Below are positions 11,560 through 24,150 of a stretch of DNA of 64,000 nucleotides, piece after piece. The notes beneath the pieces are model-generated. The model worked only from the letters and a program-made list of their open reading frames with translations. It had not been told where the DNA came from and did no database searches. This DNA comes from Raillietiella orientalis (Eukaryota): contig JAYWIR010000006.1 in NCBI GenBank assembly GCA_036172245.1, positions 1,798,001 through 1,862,000 of the forward strand, read 5' to 3'. Numbering within the stretch: the first letter of the stretch is position 1; each line of letters begins with the position of its first letter. Made by a program: the position numbers and the translations under genes.

Positions 11560-12100
11560 AGTGCTGCTGGAGCATCAGAAGCGTGCAGCCACGACACTTT
11601 CAGGGCGCATGGGAACTCGAAGGAATTGCATCTTCGAAACTGGCCTCCATCTTCTGGGGTTGATTTTTTGGTGCTCTGTCTTCGTCCTTCCTTCGTAACT
11701 GCTGGCAAGCGGGAACGAAGATGCCTTCCCTGAAAGCACCCCGGTGCGCTCCCAGCGAACATCCAAGCCGCGAACGAGACGATTTTCCTTTAAAGAGGTG
11801 GAGTAAGGAAAACCATGCAGTGTAGGCCGAAGAAGGCGCTCTTGACCAAAGGGGTTTCTGCTGAGACACGCTGCTTCTCCCAGGGGATCCGCAGGAGGAA
11901 AAAAAAAAAGACTGCCGAATACTGTGAAGAGACACTTATGTCTTGCCGCACTCCAATCCAGCCTCCCCTACCCTGACAGAATGCAGGTCGCTCTTTCCTG
12001 ACAGACCCGCAATCCCCATACATCATTGTAGATTTTATGGAAATCTTTACATACCTTAACTCCCTTGGTTCTTCCAATTCCGTCCATCACCAGCAGGGAT
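11560..12100 (-). pseudogene. Decayed APE endonuclease fragment
   Basis: MMYGDCGSV (GDFN-like), LLRIPWEKQ, YTAWF, SRSRLG, GAHRG (SDHR-like), RRWRP, in the expected order. Confidence 0.4.
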
Positions 12101-12189
12101 CGGGACGTCGGACGATGGCAGCAGGAAAAGGCAGAAGCACAGTGGAGCTGTAGTGAGACGGCGATGATGGGTTACTTCGGATAGTCACC

Positions 12190-12660
12190 TAGAAAACAGC
12201 AAAGCTGTGACTACCCTAATAATAGTGATGAATGCGGATGAATAATGAATAAGAGAGATAAACGGAAGCAGCGGTGAAATACAGCAACGGTGGCGATGAA
12301 TGGCAGTGATTTCCTGTGATGGGAATCACCGATAATAACGAACAGTAGCAATGTGATTCACTATGGAGAGTGTTACGAGCAACAATGACAAGCAACACTA
12401 TGGTAGCATGTTAGCAAACAACAATAGCGACGAGATACTAGGGGCGACGTGCTGACAAGCAACAATGGCAATGAGGTGCTGTGGTAGCGTGATGACTCTC
12501 AACAATGCTAATACATTCGACAATAAGAAGTCAAAAAAACATAGGGCGCAAGACATAATTACAGATATAGCAGAAGCATCAGGAGAACAGACTTGAAACA
12601 ACGCAGTGGGTGTAGGATAAAAATCATCATCGTCAGCAGCAGCAGCCGAAGGACGAACAA
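12190..12660. repeat. Decayed A-rich low-complexity / trinucleotide-like tract
   Basis: Recurrent AGCAACAATG / GCAGCA / ATGA motifs with a strong A bias. Confidence 0.5.
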
Positions 12661-12699
12661 TGGCTGCTCTCGCATAGGATGAATACCCGTTACTCGACC

Positions 12700-15600
12700 T
12701 TTCAGAGAGCAAGGAGGAGATTCCAAGAAGGACTGCGGAGGCTAGAGCAAAGGAAAAACTCGGAATCAATCGCTTCTTGGCCCTTTGGCTAATATCAAAG
12801 GGTAGCCTCTGGGAGGAGAAACAGGTCTCCTGTCGGAGTCGTCGTGACAATCTCACGGGATGCAAGAAGTGTCTCCTATCCCATGCTCAGGAGCTTAGGA
12901 AGATGGCCTACCAAACGAGACCGAAGGTAGCTGTGAATTCAAGGAGGTCGGTGACTAAGGAAGGTGTGCCTCCTCATGGTTTTGGGGGCAGCCAGTCGAT
13001 CTCCCCAAGGAAGGGAAAAGAACACAAGAAGCCTGAAGGAGATGGAGAATGAAACCTTCGTTTCCCTCTTGTTCCCGGATGGAAAGGTGTCAAATTGGGA
13101 GATCTGCAGGAGCGAGGGGTGGTGGGTGAGGTTCAGTCACAATTCGAAAATCTAATTCATGCCACTGTCCTTGGGTGTTCTTGGAGGATGACCTCTCTGA
13201 GATGTTCCTAAAGGCATTCCAGCAACCGCTCTTCCCAGAAATTTCCCAGAGATCGAAGGAGCTTCCCAGATCTTGAAACCGCGAGGTGTCTTCTGAAAGC
13301 ACCCTCAGGAAAGACGTCCGATCTTGGAGTCGATCCAGTACCAGGCTGTGGCGAGGCTCCAGTCGGGCTTCGGTCTCGTTAGCAGGCCACTCTTCGCATT
13401 ACCTGACAACGAGCATCCGCGTGCCAGACTTGGCGGGTTCCCTGAGGGCTACTGGAAGCTAGACTCCGCGGTCCATTGCTGTTTCCTCGCTGAAGAGCGC
13501 GCAGAAGACCAGCGCCCTCTTTTTCCTCTCTTTCTGACTCCTCACCCTTTCCTCCGGAGCCTCCTCCAAACCAAAATAACCAGAGGGCCAGGATTTCCAA
13601 ACCAGGAGAAGGGCGCGGGACATCTCCAAAGGCCGATGCCGTCTCCGGCCCTTCCAGGTACCAACGGCTGGATCGAATACCAGAAAAAAACAAAGACAAT
13701 GATACGAGAGAGTTTCGGAATTGATCTCAAGGAGGGCAGCACCAGTGACGTAGGTCCGTTTGCCGTTCCAGTCCTCCTACGTTCAAATGCTGCTGAAATG
13801 CGCGCCAAGGGTGGTTGTTAGGAAGGACGAGCGCAGGGAGTCGGAAGATTGTGGTGTAGTGTGGTGCAGTAGCAGACCAGAGGACAAACGCGTTCCTTGG
13901 GAAGCCGTGCCTCGCAGGCGGGTGTAGTCGCTGTCTGAGCGCTCCGCCGCCGCATGCAGGAGGAGGCAGTCATCACCTTGCGGCTGCTCGGGGAATTGTC
14001 TGCAGTTACTACGCTTGGTGGATCAGGACAGAGCGCTCCAGAAACGTGGGATGAAGGAGATTCACAGGAATGAAGAGCGGACCTCCTCGAGGGAGGGGAA
14101 ATCTGATCTGAAAATGTCGGAGCTGAGAAAGGATGTATCCCAAAAGGAAGGAAACACCACAAAAGGAGAAGACGAGTGCGCGACGGGAGAAGGGGAAAGG
14201 AGGAGAGGAAAGTCATTTCGCTATACCGACCTACGTGTCCATTCCTGGGATGCACATCTCGGCGACAAATAGCGTCCTTTCTCCTTCCAGAACTGAAAAT
14301 CCAGGTGAACTTCCAGAAAAAGAATCATGCTCTGCATCCGAAAGAGGCATGAAAGAGTGAGGTTGTCAGAGGGAGGGAGAATGGAAGGAATAAGAGATTG
14401 AAAGTGGAGGAGAGAACGTTTTCTGGCGATGCACCTCGGAGTGCAAGAATTCTGTCTAATGGCCCCAAAGAGAGCGCAACGGAACGCAACGGAGTGGCTG
14501 CATGAGGGGTTGCAGTCGCGGCTGCTGTTTGCTGCCTACCCTATTTTCCCGAAGGGGCCTTGTAGGTTGGTCGGCCGTCCGGACAGCGTCTCGGGACCGA
14601 GATGGGGGTGGTGGTGGCAGCGAGCAATCGCTGCAAACTCGCCACACTCTGGCTCGCAAACAGCCGCTCCTGAATCTGAGAGGCACCGACCACAAGAGCG
14701 CGTGAGCGCACGAAATACAGGATCCGAAGAAGGGGTTCGCCACACCCCAGCGTCGAAAACACACATTAAAAAATGGGAGACAGAGACCGTCTTCCTCGTC
14801 GCGTGTTCGTCTTCTACTTCCTGGTCAAGTGAAGGACTCCACACTTCCTCTGACCTCTCTCCTTCCTTCTTTTTCTTTGGACTCCCGACTTGTGCACGTG
14901 CTCTTTCGAGTGCCAGCAGCTGGGCCTAGGGCTGCTGGTTCCCGAAACTTTCTCTGGAATCACAGGGGTTCCCAAGTTCCCAAACACGAGGTCTAGCTCC
15001 CCGTCCCTGAGAGCCTCCTAGAGAGGAAGCGCAAGGACGGTGGAGGCCAAGGGTGGATAAGAGGACAGCGACCCCTCTAAAAAAAAAAAAAGCGTTCCCT
15101 TTTGAAGTGGGACTAAGCAGCCGCTTTCCCAGGTTGCCGTTTGGGCTGGGAACAATTGGCAGGGGGAAAACTCATCCTATCCTCCCGGAAGCGTTGAAGC
15201 CGAAGCACCTGATCCCTTTTATCCGCTGATTCCGAAAAAGGCTTGTGCAGCCAGGGAGCCTGCGAAGAACCTCACTAAGACCAACGGGTTTCAGACTACA
15301 GGTAAGTCTCCTGCTGAAAACTCCTAGTCCGGGCTCTTGAAGAGGAAGAAACGATAAGGTCCTTGTCCCCCCCAAAAAAAGATGGCATCGCCAACCAGAA
15401 CATCTTAGAGGGTATCCTGAAGGACTTTCGGTCCTCATAGCTGCTCTTCTTCACATGCCACTTTACTTCTAGAAAGAGTGAGGTCTGCTGTTCCATAAGC
15501 TGCGATAGCTGCAAAGTGCTCTGCTCTCAGTGGAGCTCCTAAAAGCTCAACATCTGGAAGCATATTATCTACCACCAGAGTCTTCGCCCTGGTCCTGTGA

Positions 15601-16300
15601 GACCTACTGGCTGCGAGATCATGGTCTCCTTTGTGATGAGCAGGAAATCCTCCAATTATGGAGGATTGACCGAGGTCCAGTTGACGAACCGCGTCGCGAG
15701 TGGGCATTAGGTCCAAGCTCCAGAAGAGACCGCACAATTTCGGAACAGCAGCTGAACGTCTTGAAGACGGCACAAGGCCGAACTAACGAGGAAAGAATCT
15801 CCTACCAGTCACAGGGTTTCTTTCCTCACTCCCTCAAAATCATCCGCTTTCTTTCGTGGATGCCGGTGATGCCTCGAGCAGCTGCACTTCGATCCCGGAT
15901 GGAGTTTCCTGAAGAGTGTGCGCGGTCCTCTGCGCACGAGGATGGAGCTGCCATCGAATGGCTGCGGACGATTTCCAAGGGTTGCGACTTGATCATAGTA
16001 TGGAGTCCTTGCCGACCCATTTCGTCGACAGAGACCCCTCAGGGCCATCCCGAGTCCCCGAAGGAAATTTTGGATCTCTCACGTGACCGCAAAGCTGCAC
16101 GAGTGCTCCCGCTACTCACTCGATGCCTTGCAGATGGTTCCCGCTCTTCAGAGACATGTTCCTCCCTCCTGCCTACCTTTCCTCCAGTCTTGAATTGTAC
16201 CGCAGGTCAAAGGGCAAGTGCCATACCCACTCCAGCACGAAGGACTACGCGGTGAGGGCACCCCGCGTAGTCGCTTGGTGCACCATGCGGTTTTCCTCGG
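12700..16300 (+). mobile_element. Highly decayed L1-type LINE ORF2 remnant (probably interrupted around 13.8-15.0 kb)
   Basis: EGVPP..SISPRKGK, FVSLLFPDGK (RPISLLNxDxK-like), LKAFQ, GGFPEG, LVPPKKDGI (post-RT P..GG-like), IIRFLSW..ECARS..E..C..W (zinc-finger-like), in the correct order. Confidence 0.4.
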
Positions 16301-17099
16301 CTGTCCAACCGGAAGCTTCTTCCTGCCTCCCGATTTCGAAGGGAGGATACAAGACTGGTGGAAACGGAGTTCTAGCTTCCAGAGTTCCTAGGTAACTGCT
16401 GATGTGGCTCAAGAAGTTGACCTTGGATTCCCAAAGAGCACATGGAGGATTTGAATGGTGAAACTAGCGGAGCGACCAAATACCGGAAAGGTGGAGTGAC
16501 CATCAGCCACTCGCGTCATCAAGGTTGTCTTTAAGAATGCATGATTTCCTCCTCTAAGAAACGTACAAGTTAACATAAAAATAGAGGTATTTATAGAGGA
16601 CATGTGACGATATGGATCTCTGCGATGCGAATACAGAAATCCCAGGTATCGGATTAGCGCACCCTGCTACTCCATGGACCTGCAGTCCGATCGATGTCAT
16701 GACCTCCGGAGATGGTCTAATGGGTTGTAAGTGTATATAGTTCAAGCCCGGTCCTCTCAAATGGTGCAACAGAGACTGATTTCCCTTCGACACAGTCATC
16801 AGATCTCTGCGGAGGCGAGTTCGCAGTCGAAGACCCTTGGGTCGGACCTACGAATCCTGAGGGAAAATCCGGTCAACACATCGCTCGCAACAGATGTCCA
16901 AGACCAAATGGAAGAGCTTCAAGTCGCTACTGCTTAGATCTACGATTGTACAACACGTTACAGGGGGAGCTCTTCATATTCTTCCGGAATTCCTCCTCTG
17001 TTCATCTGGGGCGCTTGTCACTCCTCAGTACGTTGCTTTCTCAGCTTCCTGCCCCCCGTCTCGCGAGAGCTAACTGCTGGGTTCTGCTGCTGTCAGTCT

Positions 17100-17760
17100 T
17101 CGTGTGACATGGCTGCGTAGATTCGCTGGACTACCGGATGCACGAAGCCTCCATCTGACACCTCATCGTCACCAATTTCTTTTCCGGAACTCCAAGATCC
17201 TGGAGCATTTCTTCGTTACCTGGGTTCCAGGCTCCCAGTGAGCCAACGATGAGAATATTCACCTTGCATTGTTTCTTCCCTCTGCTTAGCTGGAGGGCTT
17301 CTTCTTTTTACTTTTCCTGTTTTCTCCTCTTAGCTGCGCTGAACGTCTCTCCTTTACCCTCGCACGGGCGGCAGGCGTCCAGCACTATTATTCGATTTCT
17401 TTTCTTCAGTTCCAAGTCTGGTCTCAGGAGGGAATCCGTTCCTGGGGCTCTCTAGTCAGTGGGCACTAGGGCTCACTTGGGTTTATCCTCTGTGACCTTG
17501 ATCACCTCTTGAACCGCGTTGCGGGATGTAATGAACAGGGGGCGTGTCATCTGCATCCGCTTAGTAGGTGAGACACCGTTTCGTCTTCTATCCGGCAGCT
17601 CCGATAGGCGCGTACTTGTGGTTTCATCCTGGGCAAAGCCCTGGTTGGTAGGACGTTTGGTCGGGCTGCTTGGATGAATCTGTAGTCTGAGAACCTCAGG
17701 TGTTCTTCATTGGTGAGGAAAAAGCTCGAGACGTGATACATGCCCACACACTGCACAGTT
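17100..17760 (-). mobile_element. Second NeSL/Utopia-like REL retrotransposon remnant (C-terminal part)
   Basis: DYRFIQAARPNVLPTR..SCRIEDETVSHLLSGC, ITSRNAVQ, LLRPDLELK..IIVLDACRPCE, KQEK*, IVGSLGAWNPGNEEML. Collinear with ORF 3834..4496. Confidence 0.75.
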
Positions 17761-18444
17761 TTCCCTCAACTGATGTGTTTTTGGACCGGGGATTGCCACT
17801 CGTGTTGTCTCTGCAGTGCTTTCACGCCGGAGGTAAACTGTCCCTCGCCTGCAACATATGCCCAAGACCAAACGGAAGAGCTTCAACATTGGGCTGTTTA
17901 GCTGCCACAGTTGTTGCTTGGATCCCGAGCGTTGATCGCAGTGGCCTCTGCCACGACTTTGGAACCTCGCATCTCGCAGTCACGGCGAAACGCACTGGAG
18001 GTGCTTTCGCGACTCAAACCTTCACACGTGCATCCCGCTCGCTTTCAGACGACAACGTGGCATCCACAACGACCGCACGAAAAGGTGGAAGCTTGGCTGT
18101 GGTGCCCGCTTCTCTGTCCATCACCTATTTCAGGAGTAGATATCTCAGCTTCTTGCGCGAAGGGACAGACGCCGCGCAGCATCGACGCCGCGGATTGGAG
18201 CGCGCGGGTACGACCCAAAAGCAATGCTTCTCAGGAAATTCCCTGGGGCGAGGACGCGGCTCGTGGGCGGGCAGCTTTCTTAACACGCGCGCAGCGTCGA
18301 CGTGATCCGTCGAAACCGAATGGCTTCCTGTTGGTTTTGTTCCCGGCCAGTGATTTCAAAAAGAGCGCCGGCGGCGGTCTTCCGTTCGAGTGACCGACCT
18401 CTGCATCGGTGCATTCCAGAAAGCGAACATCCCCAGGAAAGAGG

Positions 18445-19110
18445 TTTTAACCTGGTCACGCCGGGACGTTTATTTTGCAAAAAGCAAAGCAAACCGCAAG
18501 TTTCAGGGGAAGAAGGGTATGCCCTCAAAAAAACAAGAGCCCTCCCTGCCCCTCTAAAAAAAAAAGTTCATCAGGGATGACTACCGGCACGCAGGCTGGC
18601 TCCCGAGAGGTAGGGAACGGGGAGGAGACAATATATAAATAAAAAACAGAGGGGAGGGTGGAGACAGGGATCTTTGGTATGAAACGTTCCATTACTTCTA
18701 GAAACGACTCTGGATGGTGGCGAGATCTCCCTGGCGACTTCTTCTGGCAGGTGAGGCCACCTCGCGGCTGCCCTCACGAGAGCTGTTTCCATGCTGGTGG
18801 CCTCTCTCCGCTGCGAACTTGCTTCTAAAACATGATGGACTATCACTATGGAGCGGATGCAACATCTCCTTGCGATCACGGCACCCTTTTCCAGTCCGCC
18901 TCCGGTGAAGAAGCGCCGCAGCAGGTTCGTCTCAGTGTCCTGGGGCTGGTGAATGACGAAGCGAATCTTCACCACAAGTCCTGCAGAGCACTGCAGTCCG
19001 ACAGGAGGTTCGGGAAAGAGATCCCATAGCCCCGCACCTAAGACAGCTCGAGGGAGCGACTCCCTCGGAAACCAAATGTCTGCGCTGGTTGCACTGGAAT
19101 CCCCCCCAGG
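18445..19110 (-). mobile_element. 3' fragment of L1/Tx1-like LINE (copy E, same subfamily as copy A)
   Basis: GFQCNQRRHL..CLRCG, KGAVI, RWPHLPEEVAREI match ORF 526..987. Terminal motif AATAAACGTCCCGGCGTGACCAGGTTAAAA on the minus strand at 18445-18474. Confidence 0.85.
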
Positions 19111-19472
19111 AAGGAGGAAGGAGTGTCACGTCGTTCCGGTGATCACGAGAGCGGAGCGCAGAAAAAAAAAAAAAATCCGAGTGCATCTGCTGATCTCGGA
19201 GCGCAATCAGCAGACGCCAAAGAAACGCTCCGTCTCCGAGGGTACCCCCAGAGGCCCCAAAATCTTTGGAGTTGTCCGCGCGCACCGCCGCGACGCTCCT
19301 GCATGTCCGAACCCGAGGAGCCTCTGACGGCAGAATGCCGGAAGGCAGGAACGGCTCCGCCACGGCTTCTTCCTGCCCTCCTCGCGCTCTCTGGAGCCCT
19401 ATCGAATTACGGAAGAATTTTCCCAGACGGAGTGAGCAGATGGGCCTTGCGGTGCGGAAAGAAGCCCGCGTA

Positions 19473-20168
19473 GGCGGCCCCGTGGTGGCTGAGGATTCCG
19501 CTCGTGGCACCAAGCGTTCAAATCCCCACGTGGTGGATCGATACCTAGGAATGGGGGTGCGTCGTGGGTTGGGGGGTGAGTCTCCTCACCCGTAGTATGA
19601 TGCTGGGTGACCCACAGGCTTCGGATGCGGCGGCACTGGTGGAAAACCGGAAACTCCTGACGCTCCCGTGGACTCTTCAGGTCTGGAAGTGGACCCTCAG
19701 GAGTCCTTCCGGGAATCAAGGAGTCCTTTGGAATTTCCCTCCGGTTGTGAAAACGAAGGTACCCCTCCACTCGAAGGTGGGGGATACCCTCCATACCATG
19801 GAGCTGGTTGATGCCTCTCCAGAGTGTCAGAAGGCGCATCTCTCCCTCTGGGGAGTTCCCTTCGGGGTTCTCTTCAGTGGAGGAAACCAGGTGCGGTCCC
19901 CCTGAAGGTGCCCTCCGACGAAGTAATTCCAGGAGCGGGTCCTTTCCCGGTCTCCTCCGAAGAAGAACTGAGGGGTGCTTTTCTCTGCGGGGTCTCTCCG
20001 GAGGAAATAAGGAGGAGGTTCCCTTCGGGGTTCCCTCCGGAGGTTAAGAGAAACGGACTCCTTTCTCCGGAGCCTTTGTGGGCGCATAGGGTGGTCCCTC
20101 CGATGTCATCCCCCTATAAATTAAAGAGTTATACGCACCCTCGGGTAGCGTGGACAAGTTAAGAGCAT
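19473..20168 (+). mobile_element. tRNA-derived SINE-like repeat, copy 1
   Basis: GTGGCTGAGG A-box-like and GTTCAAATCC B-box-like head. Aligns along its length with the reverse complement of 50650-51385 and 58350-58815. Confidence 0.7.
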
Positions 20169-20249
20169 CATTGTCATCCCCCCCTCCTTCCTTAAGAGGT
20201 AAACGCTTCTCGAGCACTTACTGAACCAAACCGGAGAGGAAGGACTCTT

Positions 20250-22450
20250 CAGCAACTTTCTACCTCCAGATAGATGGCTGCGCCGAAGTCACGCGGGCTT
20301 GACGGATGCCATCCTGCCTTATGCGGGAGAGGAGGGATCCTTCGCCTGCGGTCCGGACAGGAACCGGGGATACCAGAACGCGGCTCCATCTCTCCAGATT
20401 GGGGGAAACGAAGAGAGTCACTTGAACCAGTGGGACGCTGTTTCCTCCGAAGAGGTGCCGTCCCCCTGGACGGAGGCGTCTGAGTGAGCGCTGCCAAGAA
20501 AGGGGGCGCAACCCTCGCCCTCGAGGTTGAGCCTTGAGGCGAGAGCATCGTCTTCGAGGAAAAAGTGCGCCACCTGCGTTGAAGTACTCCCCCTTTTGCA
20601 GGGACCCCCCTGACCAAGCGGGAAGCATACGAAAGAGCACAAGAGGGTTCCTCCCGCGGAGGGAGACGAATGATGGTGTCCAAGGGGGCTGGGCGTCAGG
20701 ACGGTTCGAGACCTTCCCAGATCAAAGCTTTCCGGTAATAAGCAGAACAAACATTCCGGAAGCCACTTAGGGAGTGATGAAAGACGCGGAATTAGGAGAT
20801 GTGAGGTTTCCGGGTAACGGATGAGAAATGCGGAACGCGGGGATGGTACATCAATTTGCCTTTTAGCGGTGGATGCACGAGGAGACGAAAAAGAGGGGAG
20901 CAGGAAGGGGGGGAGGGCGAAAACTCTCGCGGATTCCTTCCAGGGAGCGGGAGAAACGCTGCGAACCTCTCCGCGAAATCTCACAGGGAGAGGAAAGAAG
21001 TCCTGGGGGGGGGGGGGGTCTCTTCGTTGAACTTCGGGACATCTTCATGGCTCTGGGCGCCCTGACGACGGAGGAGGAAGCAGGGAGCGGAAAGCGTGTC
21101 TGCGAGGTGACACCTCAGAGGTTCGCAGAACGGAAACTTTTTTTTTCCCGTGGCAAGAAGGAGGGATTGTTTTCCCTTTGCTCGGTCCGGGAAGCTGCGC
21201 CCTATGCCTTCGAAGGTCCCATCGGAAAGTTCCCCTCCCTTCCTCCTGGCAAAGCTAGCAGTGTTCGCTGGCAGGCACGCCTCCGCAGGGAGGGATGCAG
21301 CGGCCCCAGAGCCACCCGTCTCTGCGGAACTGTTGGAACTCTTCTGCGCGTGCTGCTTGAACGAGCCGGAGGGGGGGGGGAGGTAGCATAGCTGCGCCGA
21401 GGTGGAAAAGGGTCCATTTCAGCTGCAACTCCTCCCGTCTCGCAGGCGCCGGACAGCCTGTAGCGGACTTTCCCGGACGTTCCTCGCTCTTGTGGCCCTT
21501 TCGAGGGAAAGGAGGAGTACCGGAGAGGGCACTGCTCCTACACCCTCTGCACCTCTCTGACCTCTTCCTGCCACTTGCAGACAGCAGCAGGAACAGAGGA
21601 AGAAGAAGGGGGCGTTTTTCCTTCGAGGGAAGCCCTCATAATCGCCGTCTCGCTAGAGGTGGGCGCGGTCAAAATGGCCCTGAAAGGGGTGTGGGACAGA
21701 ACGCGGTTACAGCACCGACGGGGACAGTTCTGTCCGGACCGGCCCAGTCCAAATGAAACAGGCTGCCTCGTCATGGGTAATGGCACCCACGGTTCCTCCC
21801 TTGCGACGTCCCACCTGGAAAATCGCGGCTGCTACCGTTCCGATCCCGCTCGTGTCTGCCCCTAGTCCGTAGATCTTTCCTCCTCTTCCTCCACCCGCCA
21901 ACACCCACCCCCGACCGATGGATCCAGTGATGCTTCGGACAAGCACATGTCGGGGGGTCGTGCTTCCTCACGGGGATGGAGCCGCAGTCCATGGAGGTAA
22001 GCTGTGTAGCATCCTTCTCTGGTTTTCCTCTGGACCCTCCCATCCTGGGCTGCCAGCCCAACAGTCCGGGATGGGAAGGTGCAAGGAGCGCCGGACCAAC
22101 GAAGAGCTGGTTCTCAGCCGGCTACGGGATTGATTTTTTTTTTTTTTTTTATTGCTGGGATCGACCTACCAGTGTCTCCCTCCAGCTGGCAGGGAAGATG
22201 GACAGCTGGACTACGAAGCGCTGCGGGCACCTCGGCCCCCTCGGGAAGGGCGAGTCTCCTGGGTGTGGGCCGCTTCAGAAGGCTCCGCATCCTGACCGGG
22301 CAGGGAATGCCTCTGTCTCTCGGGTGGACTTTGATGGATTTAGGCTTTCCGTCTTCGCCTTGTAGCTGTCGCCGCACCCGGCGCGGCAGGACGACCACGC
22401 GCTCCACTTGCTGATGACGCAGTCCTCTAGAGTCGCCCATTGGCGTACTT
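20250..22450 (-). mobile_element. Decayed 5' half of a LINE (ORF1-like + APE-like)
   Basis: LHSLPPW and QPVSFGLGRSG..RRC (degenerate gag knuckle), followed by GEYFNA, LFVSPNL and PDRR (APE-like). Confidence 0.35.
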
Positions 22451-22599
22451 TAAGGCGACGACATCCGGATCGGAAGAGCCAGATTGCCCTGCAGAGCAAA
22501 GATCATGCGATCTAGGGGCCGTTCCACGAGAGAATGATTGGGAAAGCTGGGGTCAAGATGACCTTAGTCCATCCTCAATCTTCGGATGAGTGAGTTACA

Positions 22600-24150
22600 G
22601 CTTTCGGCTCCAGGAGTGCTACCGGAGGGCCGATTTGGGTGGGAAGAACAGGCAACGCTTAGGAAACTCTTTCCTGATGTTATATGCCCCAGGTAGCACA
22701 ACCATGGCAAACCACGCTAGTGGGGATCCCCCATGGCGAAGCAACTGGCCCTGGAGACGGGTGGGCGCTGAAGCGTCCAGAGGCAGCACACGCGAAGCAG
22801 GGGCGTTCCTGCCTTCCAGCGGTTCGCCGTCTTAGGGTGACCTCCTACTCAGTTTCCACCGAATGAGAGGGTGGAAACACTGCTCGCAGAAGGGTTCCGG
22901 GCGTGATCCCGCTTGGAGTCGCCTGCAGCGCACGTCTTGGTGGGGGCAGTGAACACTCCGGCGTGGTTGGTCTGACATCGAGGAGGGGTCAATGCAAACA
23001 GCCTCCAAGCACGGTCTGGTTCAGTCCTGTTCCCCCGTTCGCATTCTTCCTTCCAGGGAACACGAGCCATGGATGGAGGAGGGAGGGGTAGGGAGGGAAG
23101 TAGAAGACGGAACTCGTGAATCCGGAATGCGAGGTGGCCCAAGGGCGCCCGAAAAAGCCGGAAAGGACTGCCAGCATCCAGTGTTGACTGCAGGCTCCTG
23201 AGGTCAAGAGGCCGCGGAAGGAATCCTGCAGGTCAGGGAACGCGGGAGGCAGGGGAGACCGGGTCTTCACGATGGCTCGAGACGGGACCTCATCCGAGCG
23301 GGGGCACCCGCAAGGACGCCGGAAGGCAACGGGAAGATGGGGAGAGAGAACGAGGGGACACCCGAAGGAAGGAGGGGCGGAGGGGCGCCAGACTCGAGGC
23401 CGGCTAGTCGCGCGAGCGAGTCTTTCGCGGGGGTCGTGTTTGCACGCGGACCCTGGATGACGCGTCGCGTGCCCGTCGCCGCGCGTCTCCCGCTGCAGTT
23501 TGCACCCCCTCTGCCTCAATTTCCGGGATTACGGCAAAGCCACAGGAGTTAATCAAGGGTGAACGAATCTCTCATGGAGGAAGAAAGCCGCCATTCGAAA
23601 CCCGAGAAGGGAAAGGGGGATCATGGAGGGAGTGGATGGCATTCCTTCGCGGGCACTTCCAAAGGCTGGCTGCCTCTCCACGTGGAGGACTCTGAAGGGA
23701 CATGGACCTTTGCCGAGATGAGACTGCGGGAGGGGCCGCCCCTGAGAAGCTCTTCCGGGAGACCAGCCATCGGATGGGAAGTTCTCTGAGGAAGACAGGG
23801 AGCCTCCGGAGTCGTCGGTCGGAAATGGACGCCGAAGATCCACCGGAACATCTCTCGGAGTGCTCCGTGGGGTCCCACTGCCGAGCTGGGAACTCAGATG
23901 CCCAACGGTGGGCAGGTGGAAGACGAATCTCATCCTGACCAAGAAGGTGGTAAGCTTTCGGCCAGCAGCGGCACGTGATCAGCACCCCGCTGGTGCTCTC
24001 ACGATGGCGGCGATGAAACCACACCCGTCCTTCGTCCTGGTCACCACCTCTACTCGCAGTGTGGCGAAGAATAAAGAGGGGATAAAGAGGGGACATTTTC
24101 GGAAGAACGGCAGGAAATGCAAGGTCGGCGCGACATGACGTTCAGAGTTT
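22600..24150 (+). mobile_element. Decayed 5' half of a LINE (ORF1-like + APE-like)
   Basis: TLVGIP, GKDC, LCLNFR (SLNVRG-like), VGSHCRA (SDH-like), GRWKTNLIL (GxWKLNxSLL linker). Confidence 0.35.
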
